Below, piece after piece: positions 57,982-64,000 of a DNA stretch of 64,000 nucleotides. Both the position numbers and the translations under genes were made by a program. The DNA is taken from contig CALKIZ010000012.1 of the NCBI GenBank assembly GCA_937995735.1, positions 51,404-115,403 on the forward strand, read 5' to 3'. The notes beneath the pieces were generated by a model, which saw nothing but the letters and a program-made list of their open reading frames with translations, was not told the DNA's origin and made no database searches. Each line of letters begins with the position of its first letter. The stretch's first letter is position 1. This DNA comes from an uncultured Neomegalonema sp. (GTDB lineage: Bacteria; Pseudomonadota; Alphaproteobacteria; Rhodobacterales; Rhodobacteraceae).

Positions 57982-58008
57982 CCCATGCGTCCTCGCGTGG
58001 GAGTTTTT
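57982..58008 (+). terminator. orphan intrinsic-terminator-like hairpin on the + strand
   Basis: CCCATGCG-tcct-CGCGTGGG (8 bp including one G-U pair) is followed by agTTTTT. No + strand gene lies upstream. Confidence 0.35.
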
Positions 58009-58028
58009 GAGAGTGAGGTTTTCGGGTT

Positions 58029-58778
58029 TCAAGCCTTATCCGGCGGGCGCGGTTCCTGCGGGCACGGTTCCTGCCGGACAAGGCAATGACAATCCCATAG
58101 AATTTCATCGACCTTGTGGAGATGCTTTCGCCGGTATCCCGGCGGCAAGCCCATGCGCAGCGGCGGAACGCTTTTCGGCCCCGGCGCAGCGGCCTTGCGT
58201 TTCGCCACTTCGCGGACATAGCGCTGGGCTTGCTTGGGCATGTCTTCAAGCGCCAGTTTCAGCGCCAAGAGACGACGGCAAAGCGCCTTTGCCGACACCT
58301 CATCCTCCGGCGTCAAAACTGCTTTGGGTTCCGACCACAGGATAAAAGCAGGCGCGCCGTCAAATGTCCCGATCCGCACTTGAATGTGAGGATCGGTAGA
58401 ACCACCCGCCTTGGGCTTCCGGCGCGGCTTTCGGCGGTTCGGGTGCAGTTCAGGGAAGTATTTGCGCGGATCAATCAAACAAAATTGCGGCGCACGCGAC
58501 CCGCGCTTTTCGCCTGTGCCTTTATTCTTGGCGCGCTTCCGCTCGGGCGGAGCAACATACTCCGGCACATCCATATCCCGCGCCACGACAGCAATAATCC
58601 GCCGCGCCGCCGATTCCGCAGGGCGCAAAATCAGCAAGACCGCATTGCGCACATGCCGTGGCAGCTTGTCGATAATCGCTGCGTCGTGACCCATTCCCGC
58701 CGACACAAACAACCCCGCCACAATGCGCAACAGCGCAAGGCGGTAGTTTTCAGTCATACGGTCAAAGCTCCAGGTCAT
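58029..58778 (-). CDS. hypothetical protein with a basic Arg/Lys/Pro-rich centre
   Basis: 249 aa with plausible composition. The antisense 231-aa ORF is Arg-rich junk. I recognise no family. Confidence 0.5.
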   Translation of the reverse strand: MTWSFDRMTENYRLALLRIVAGLFVSAGMGHDAAIIDKLPRHVRNAVLLILRPAESAARRIIAVVARDMDVPEYVAPPERKRAKNKGTGEKRGSRAPQFCLIDPRKYFPELHPNRRKPRRKPKAGGSTDPHIQVRIGTFDGAPAFILWSEPKAVLTPEDEVSAKALCRRLLALKLALEDMPKQAQRYVREVAKRKAAAPGPKSVPPLRMGLPPGYRRKHLHKVDEILWDCHCLVRQEPCPQEPRPPDKA

Positions 58779-58975
58779 GGTGTCTTTCTGTTAAATAGAA
58801 AAAGAACATAATAAAAACATTTGATATTTTCAAGAGGTAAAATTTCTTTCCGCAAATCCGGCTTCGGAACAACATAAGCACGAACACAAAGGTATTACGC
58901 GACGGTGGTGCAAAATCTCAACTCAGACTATCAAACCGGTCGGACCTTAAGCAATAAAGGGGATTTTAAGCATAT

Positions 58976-60169
58976 GTGCCTAGATCGATTTATGACGTGT
59001 TTTGTCTTTATCGAAAGAAGGGGCAATCACATCCTTCATCATCTGAGGTTTATGTGGCCTATTCCGACACGACAACGGCAAAGCATCCTTCAGTTCTTGC
59101 GGCAGCTTTTCTTCATCACTTATATGAACAGTTTCGCCAAAATTTAGTCCTGACTTGCCTTTGTGTTTTGTTGATCGCGGGCACATATCTGGCTGCGGTC
59201 ATCCTGCAGCTCGGATTTGAACATAGTGTAACCGGCTATATACAGCGGGCGCTCTTTTACATTACGCCAATCGTATTTTCGATCTTTGTCCTCCGGCGTA
59301 TTATTTACGTCGGCTTCGTTCAAAAACCTCCGGTTATTATGACCGTTGTATTGCGCGATATCGGCACGGCAATGACCCAGCCCGAACGCTATGCGCGAAT
59401 GATATGGTTGCTACTCGTTCCAACAATAGGGTTTATTGCCTTCGTAAACCTTAAGGTCTATATTCCTGAAATCATTCCTTTTTATGCAGATGACTTTCTT
59501 ATCAATCTCGAGCGGACGCTTCATTTCGGCACACTGCCCCAAGACTGGCTCGCATTTATTCTGGACATTCCCAGTTTAGTAAGCGCGATCGATTTTTCTT
59601 ATAAGCTCTGGTATATTATCGCTTTTGTGATGTGGGGATGGGCAGCTTTGGGTGCTGAGGATGCAGGATGGCGCCGTCAGTATATTCTCAGCCTGATGCT
59701 CTGTTGGAGTATCTGCGGGATGTTGCTCGCAACATTAATGGCATCCGTCGGGCCGGTATTTTATGATGCGCTGGTTTCCCCCGGAGGTCCCTACGTGGCT
59801 CATATGGCAAAGCTCGGCGAGATCAATGCAACCTATCCATTGATGGCCGTCGAAATTCAAACCAAAATGACCGAGCTATATCTGAACGAACCACCTTCAG
59901 GACGTATTGGTATTTCCGCAATGCCGAGCCTGCACAACACTCTGGCGGTCTTATTCGCAATCGCAGGATATCGCATACACCGCCTTATCGGACATGCCCT
60001 TGCAGTATACGCGGCATTGATCTTTATCGGCTCCATTGTTCTCGGATGGCATTATGCGTTAGACGGTTATGCCGGTCTGATCCTGGCGATTGGCATGTGG
60101 AAGCTGGCCGGTTGGTTGCTAAAAGTGCAGGACAGGGTTCTTAAAATAGACCCGGCTTCGACACTTTAG
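58976..60169 (+). CDS. polytopic membrane protein with a PAP2_C / sphingomyelin-synthase-like motif (paralogue 2)
   Basis: 397 aa. SAMPSLHNTLA...GWHYALDGYAG is alignable along the C-terminal ~250 aa with 18858-20021. The start codon (GTG at 58976) is uncertain. Confidence 0.6.
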   Translation: MPRSIYDVFCLYRKKGQSHPSSSEVYVAYSDTTTAKHPSVLAAAFLHHLYEQFRQNLVLTCLCVLLIAGTYLAAVILQLGFEHSVTGYIQRALFYITPIVFSIFVLRRIIYVGFVQKPPVIMTVVLRDIGTAMTQPERYARMIWLLLVPTIGFIAFVNLKVYIPEIIPFYADDFLINLERTLHFGTLPQDWLAFILDIPSLVSAIDFSYKLWYIIAFVMWGWAALGAEDAGWRRQYILSLMLCWSICGMLLATLMASVGPVFYDALVSPGGPYVAHMAKLGEINATYPLMAVEIQTKMTELYLNEPPSGRIGISAMPSLHNTLAVLFAIAGYRIHRLIGHALAVYAALIFIGSIVLGWHYALDGYAGLILAIGMWKLAGWLLKVQDRVLKIDPASTL

Positions 60170-60239
60170 TAAAAACAGCGGGCGAAGGTGGTGACGCTGC
60201 GATGGCGCGCCACGTAAACCTGCGCTATAGAGCGCCTTT

Positions 60240-61205
60240 ATGAACAACGCGCCCGATTCTCCCTTCGCACACCGGCATTTGCTGGGCATCGAAGAACTTT
60301 CGCCCCAAGATATCACTGCTATTTTGGACCGTGCCGACGATTACGTCGATATGAACCGCGAGGCCCGCAAGAAACGCGACACGCTCAAGGGCCTGACGCA
60401 GATCAACCTGTTTTTCGAGCCATCCACCCGCACCCAAGCCAGTTTTGAACTTGCCGGAAAGCGCCTCGGGGCCGATGTGATGAACATGTCGGTAAAATCT
60501 TCGAGCGTCACCAAGGGCGAGACGCTGATTGACACCGCGATGACCCTCAACGCCATGCACCCCGATCTGTTGATCGTGCGCCATGGCGAAAGCGGCGCGG
60601 TTAATCTGCTCGCGCAAAAGGTCAACTGCTCGGTCTTGAATGCCGGAGACGGACGCCGCGAGCACCCGACGCAAGCCCTGCTCGATGCCCTGACCATCCG
60701 CCGCCGCAAAGGCCGCCTGCACAGGCTCAATGTCGCGATTTGCGGAGACATTCTGCATTCCCGCGTCGCGCGCTCAAACATTCATCTGCTCAACAAAATG
60801 GAAAGCCGCGTCCGCGTCATCGCCCCGCCAACCCTCCTCCCCGCCGGGATCGAGCAATTCGGCGCGGAAGTCTTCCATGACATGCGGAAGGGACTAGAGG
60901 GCTGTGACGTCGTGATGATGCTACGCCTGCAACAAGAGCGCATGGCGGGCAGTTTCATCCCCTCCACCCGCGAATACTTCCACCGCTACGGGCTGGATGA
61001 AGACAAAATGAAAGGCGCAAAAGAAGACGCCATCATCATGCACCCCGGCCCCATGAACCGGGGGGTAGAAATCGACAGCGACCTTGCAGACGACCTCACC
61101 CGCTCTGTGATCGGCGAACAAGTAGAAATGGGCGTCGCCGTACGCATGGCCGTGCTGGAACTCCTCGCCCGCAACGTAACCAACGAGATCGCGGGGGTAG
61201 CTTGA
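60240..61205 (+). CDS. pyrB: aspartate carbamoyltransferase catalytic subunit
   Basis: STRTQASFE, the HP.Q context ([10 protein letters not shown]) and HPGP motifs are present. 321 aa. Confidence 0.95.
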   Translation: MNNAPDSPFAHRHLLGIEELSPQDITAILDRADDYVDMNREARKKRDTLKGLTQINLFFEPSTRTQASFELAGKRLGADVMNMSVKSSSVTKGETLIDTAMTLNAMHPDLLIVRHGESGAVNLLAQKVNCSVLNAGDGRREHPTQALLDALTIRRRKGRLHRLNVAICGDILHSRVARSNIHLLNKMESRVRVIAPPTLLPAGIEQFGAEVFHDMRKGLEGCDVVMMLRLQQERMAGSFIPSTREYFHRYGLDEDKMKGAKEDAIIMHPGPMNRGVEIDSDLADDLTRSVIGEQVEMGVAVRMAVLELLARNVTNEIAGVA

Positions 61206-61376
61206 TCAGATCGTCGATAACAGTTATGCTATATAATAGCATTGAAGGAGCGTACCATGTCTGACACAGCAGGCCACGCCACCGTAACACTCGGTGCGAC
61301 CAAAGAAATTGCGAAGCGGCTCGTAACTGAAGGCAAATATGAAAGTGTATCCGAAGCCTGCCGCGCCGGATTGAGA
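61097..61376 (+). repeat. left arm of the 754-nt tandem duplication, copy A (pyrB 3' tail, promoter, parD 5' half)
   Basis: It matches 61851-62130 at an offset of exactly 754 nt, with about ten mismatches counted by eye. The 51-nt spacer 61206-61256 is identical to 61960-62010. Confidence 0.9.
61202..61242 (+). promoter_or_regulatory. parDE-1 promoter candidate with a 17-bp perfect palindrome (candidate ParD operator)
   Basis: TTGATC (61202-61207), a 17-nt spacer and TATGCT (61225-61230). The palindrome ATGCTAT-ata-ATAGCAT at 61226-61242 overlaps the -10 hexamer and an internal TATAAT. Confidence 0.5.
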
Positions 61377-61505
61377 CGCATTGAGACTGAAGAAAAGCTA
61401 ATCGACCGTCTCGTTGCTTTGGGTAAAGAAGGTATGGCGGGCGGTATCGCCAAGGATTTCGACATAGACGCATTTATTGAAGAGACGGACACTTTTGAAC
61501 TGTGA
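61257..61505 (+). CDS. parD: type II antitoxin ParD (ribbon-helix-helix), copy 1
   Basis: The ATG at 61257 lies 6 nt after GAAGGAG. The 82-aa product has ATVTLGATKEIAKRLVTEGKYESVSEACRAGLRR...DFDIDAFIEE, matching the ParD-antitoxin pattern (..ITLG....F......G.Y.S.SEV.R..LR.LE). A GTGA overlap joins it to parE. Confidence 0.85.
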   Translation: MSDTAGHATVTLGATKEIAKRLVTEGKYESVSEACRAGLRRIETEEKLIDRLVALGKEGMAGGIAKDFDIDAFIEETDTFEL

Positions 61506-61810
61506 AGTTGGAATGGTCTGAAACCGCAAGAATGGATCTGGAAGAAATCAGGCGATACTCGACAATCCGATGGGGCCGCGACATTGCTAAACAGTATCTC
61601 AAAGACTTACGGGCAGCAGCGAAAGCATTAGCGGAAGACCCACGTCGAGCAAGACCCTTGCGTGCGCCTTGGGGATACACGACCGCACGATCTCATGTTT
61701 TGATTTGTTTTGAAGATCAACGAGATAATGTTCTAACAATTGCGCGTGTTCTGCATGGTGCAAGAGACATTGAGCGACATTTACCACGCGATATGAGAAA
61801 CTTGAAATGA
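61502..61810 (+). CDS. parE: type II toxin ParE (RelE/ParE superfamily), copy 1
   Basis: 102 aa. W...A..DL.EI..YS..RWG...A..Y...L and ARVLHGARD match the ParE pattern. The stop overlaps the ATG of the junction ORF. Confidence 0.85.
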   Translation: MKLEWSETARMDLEEIRRYSTIRWGRDIAKQYLKDLRAAAKALAEDPRRARPLRAPWGYTTARSHVLICFEDQRDNVLTIARVLHGARDIERHLPRDMRNLK

Positions 61811-61959
61811 CCCGTCTCGCCCTCACCAATGCCCATTGCGATAACACCGTCACCCGCTCGGTGATCGGCGGACAAGTAGAAATGGGCGTCGCCGTACGCA
61901 TGGCCGTGCTGGAACTCCTCGCCCGCAACGTAACCAACGAAATCGCGGGGGTGGCTTGA
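61807..61959 (+). pseudogene. duplication-junction ORF: pyrC' 5' fragment (10 codons) fused in frame to a pyrB 3' fragment (about 35 codons)
   Basis: The translation is [50 protein letters not shown]. The first 30 nt match 62561-62590 and the remainder matches 61097-61205. It has 50 codons plus a stop. Confidence 0.85.
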
Positions 61960-62130
61960 TCAGATCGTCGATAACAGTTATGCTATATAATAGCATTGAA
62001 GGAGCGTACCATGTCTGACAACGCAGGCCACGCAACCGTAACACTCGGTGCGACCAAAGAAATTGCGAAGCGGCTCGTAACTGAAGGCAAGTACGAAAGT
62101 GTATCCGAAGCCTGCCGAGCCGGATTACGC
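61851..62130 (+). repeat. left arm of the 754-nt tandem duplication, copy B
   Basis: See 61097-61376. It is the same sequence at an offset of 754 nt. Confidence 0.9.
61956..61996 (+). promoter_or_regulatory. parDE-2 promoter candidate with the identical 17-bp palindrome
   Basis: An identical copy of 61202-61242, with the palindrome at 61980-61996. Confidence 0.5.
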
Positions 62131-62259
62131 AGGCTGGAAATTGAAGCCAAAATGTCTGACAGGTTGTTCGAGATGGCCGAACAGGGATGGAAGTCCGGTA
62201 TTCTGGAAGATTTTGACATTGATGCCTTTGTTGAAGAAACAGCGGCGGTCAAAATTTGA
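62011..62259 (+). CDS. parD: type II antitoxin ParD, copy 2 (divergent C-terminal half)
   Basis: The RBS and ATG are in the same position as copy 1. The first 41 aa differ from copy 1 at one residue (T4N). The remaining 41 aa are only about half identical. Confidence 0.85.
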   Translation: MSDNAGHATVTLGATKEIAKRLVTEGKYESVSEACRAGLRRLEIEAKMSDRLFEMAEQGWKSGILEDFDIDAFVEETAAVKI

Positions 62260-62564
62260 AGCCGTTCTGGACGGCTGAGGCAATAAGTGACCTCACCGAC
62301 ATTCGGCGTTTTTCGATCCAACGGTGGGGCCGCGACGTTGCCATGCGCTATATGGCCGACCTACGGGACTCTGCGCGGCTTCTGGCGGATGATCCGAGGC
62401 GCGCCCGATATTTTCGTGGCCCCTACTCTTTATTCAGAGTGCGTTCACACGTACTGGTGATCCGTTGGGACGACGACAATGCCCGTCTCGCGGTTGTTCG
62501 CGTATTGCACAGTTCAATGGATATGACCCGCCACCTACCCAACACCCCGAAAGACTCAGAATGA
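62256..62564 (+). CDS. parE: type II toxin ParE, copy 2 (divergent)
   Basis: 102 aa with a TTG start overlapping the parD2 stop. It is collinear with copy 1 without gaps, but only about half the residues are identical. The stop overlaps the pyrC' ATG. Confidence 0.8.
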   Translation: MKPFWTAEAISDLTDIRRFSIQRWGRDVAMRYMADLRDSARLLADDPRRARYFRGPYSLFRVRSHVLVIRWDDDNARLAVVRVLHSSMDMTRHLPNTPKDSE

Positions 62565-63844
62565 CCCGCCTTGCCCTCACCAATGCTCATCTCATCGACC
62601 CGGCCACGGGGTTAGACGCGCCCGGCGGGGTGTTGGTTCAGAACGGCATGATTGCCGATGCCGGAGAGCGGTTGTTTAATGACGGCCTGCCGGAAGGCGC
62701 AGAAATTGTCGATTGCCAAGGCAAAATCCTCGCCCCCGGTCTTGTCGATTTCAACGTCTCCATCGGCGAACCCGGCGCGCGCCACAAAGAGAGCTTCCGC
62801 TCCGGCGGCGAGGCGGCGGCCAAGGGTGGCGTCACCACAATCATCACACAGCCGAACACCGACCCGCCACTGGATGAGCCTGCAATCCTCGAATTCGTCC
62901 TCCGCCGCGCCCAAGCCGCTTCAGCGGTTCGCGTTCTGCCCACCGCGACGCTGACCAAAGCCGCCAAGGGCAAGGAGATGACCGAGTACCGCTTTCTCCT
63001 CGATGCGGGTGCAGTGGCGCTGACCGATGGTGAGAACGCCATTGCCGACCCGGTGGTGTTCCGCCGTTGTCTTGAATACGCGGCCTCCGTCGATGCGCTG
63101 GTCTGCCATCATCCGCAAGAGCCGCATTTCTCGGCGCTGGGCTGTGCGACCGAGGGACTCTTTGCCTCTCTGCGCGGCCTGCCGGAAATCCCCGCCGAAG
63201 CGGAAGCCATTATGCTGACCCGCGACATCCGCATCGCGGCCCTTACCGGCGTCCGCTATCACGCGGCGCAAGTCTCAACAGCAGAAAGCCTCAGCGTGAT
63301 CCGCCGCGCAAAAGAAGCCGGAGCCAATGTCACATGCTCCATCGCTGTGCCACATTTCTCGCTGAACGAGTTCGACATCGCGGACTTCCGCACCTTCCTG
63401 AAAGTCTGCCCGCCTCTGCGCAGCGAAGACGACCGCGCGGCCATGGAAGAAGCCCTAGCCGACGGCCTTATCGACGTCATCACCTCGGCCCATTGTCCAC
63501 AGGATGAGGAATCGAAACGCCTCCCCTTCGCGCAAGCCGCCGCAGGCGGTGTCGGGCTGGAAACCCTCCTCCCTGTTACGCTCGACCTGCATCACCGGGC
63601 TGGCATCAAACTCACCACCTTGTTCGAGCGTCTGTCCCTGACCCCCGCCCGCATTGTGGGGCTGAACGCAGGGCATCTCGGCAAAGGCGCATTGGCGGAC
63701 CTGATTTTATTCGACCCCCACGCACCGTGGATCGTGGACCGCAAAGACCTGATTTCAAAATCCAAGAACTCCCCCTTCCATGAGCGCCGCGTTCAAGGCA
63801 AAGTGCTGGGAACATGGGTCGAAGGAAAGCGGGTATGGGGATGA
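62561..63844 (+). CDS. pyrC: dihydroorotase-like protein with degenerate active-site motifs (PyrC'-type)
   Basis: The ATG at 62561 gives MTRLALTNAHLIDPATG. It has a DHOase fold, but the D-x-H-x-H metal motif reads LVDFNVSIGEPG and the ..DH.P. motif reads ITSAHCPQ. The track ORF start at 62465 lies inside parE2. Confidence 0.8.
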   Translation: MTRLALTNAHLIDPATGLDAPGGVLVQNGMIADAGERLFNDGLPEGAEIVDCQGKILAPGLVDFNVSIGEPGARHKESFRSGGEAAAKGGVTTIITQPNTDPPLDEPAILEFVLRRAQAASAVRVLPTATLTKAAKGKEMTEYRFLLDAGAVALTDGENAIADPVVFRRCLEYAASVDALVCHHPQEPHFSALGCATEGLFASLRGLPEIPAEAEAIMLTRDIRIAALTGVRYHAAQVSTAESLSVIRRAKEAGANVTCSIAVPHFSLNEFDIADFRTFLKVCPPLRSEDDRAAMEEALADGLIDVITSAHCPQDEESKRLPFAQAAAGGVGLETLLPVTLDLHHRAGIKLTTLFERLSLTPARIVGLNAGHLGKGALADLILFDPHAPWIVDRKDLISKSKNSPFHERRVQGKVLGTWVEGKRVWG

Positions 63845-63868
63845 TCAATACCTACGCAGGATGGCGTT

Positions 63869-63926
63869 CCCTCCCCTCTCGGGGGAGGGTCAGGGTGGGG
63901 GGCGGTTGCCTCGCGAGGCAATCGCC
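63869..63926 (+). other. two adjacent GC-rich hairpins between pyrC' and the next gene
   Basis: CCCTCCCC-tctcg-GGGGAGGG lies at 63869-63889. GGCGgTTGCCTCG/CGAGGCAAtCGCC lies at 63901-63926, ends directly at an ATG and contains the only GAGG upstream of that ATG. Confidence 0.6.
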
Positions 63927-64000
63927 ATGAGAGGTTATCTCCCCGATCTAATCGCCTTCACCCAAGGCTGGCCATATCTGCTGGCCGCTCTCGCTTTCGG
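63927..64000 (+). CDS. start of a membrane protein, possibly PlsY (glycerol-3-phosphate acyltransferase), truncated by the window end
   Basis: The fragment is MRGYLPDLIAFTQGWPYLLAALAFG.... I recall pyrB-pyrC-plsY synteny in Alphaproteobacteria. The fragment is too short to confirm this. Confidence 0.3.
   Translation, partial: MRGYLPDLIAFTQGWPYLLAALAF

Noticed and set aside
58116-58811. 231-aa + strand ORF overlapping 58029-58778
   Set aside because: It is extremely Arg-rich and shadow-like. The minus-strand frame gives a more protein-like sequence. With no homology check, the choice between strands is only moderately certain.
62465-62560. Upstream extension of the dihydroorotase-like ORF
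   Set aside because: It lies entirely within parE2 in another frame. The ATG at 62561 gives the conserved MTRLALTNAHLIDP start, and that start is also what was duplicated at 61807.

Overview
The window looks like ordinary chromosome from a probably marine alphaproteobacterium. That assignment is inferred from gene content and synteny and cannot be checked here. It is densely coding, with about 70 CDS and many 4-nt ATGA stop/start overlaps. I found no rRNA, tRNA, CRISPR array, transposase or integrase.

Recognisable blocks, in order:
- a MerR regulator with a DddP-like M24 enzyme
- chrA plus a rhodanese-ChrB fusion
- a PotABCD-like ABC importer plus a deacetylase
- a seven-gene phoR-pstSCAB-phoU-phoB block with a clear Pho box
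- crcB-rluC-gph and a tartrate dehydrogenase gene
- gloB
- chorismate mutase-hisC-tyrC
- a TctC/TctA transporter with a PrpF-family gene
- ccmCDG, with ccmAB about 8 kb away on the opposite strand
- an alkB-like gene, a cupin and a pseudoazurin-like gene
- a zntB-like gene, typA and glnK-amtB
- a GMC oxidoreductase with a GcvT-family protein
- pyrB, pyrC' and the start of a plsY-like gene

The most unusual structure lies between pyrB and the degenerate dihydroorotase-like pyrC'. A parDE toxin-antitoxin module there is present twice, in a tandem duplication with a period of exactly 754 nt. The duplication also copied the pyrB 3' tail and the first 30 nt of pyrC', leaving an in-frame 50-codon pyrC'::pyrB junction ORF. 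The two copies are mosaic. The promoter, a 17-bp palindrome and the ParD N-terminal half are nearly identical. The ParD C-terminal half and ParE match at only about half their residues.

Other points worth a second look:
- a secreted glycine-zipper protein carrying about 11 tandem 19-aa Q/Y/S-rich repeats, behind a Pho-box-like site
- a pseudoazurin-like protein whose copper-ligand Cys is Ser
- a PhoR with no membrane anchor
- a TctA with a TctB-like tail
- two PAP2_C-like membrane paralogues

All functional calls rest on motif recognition by eye. No searches were run.
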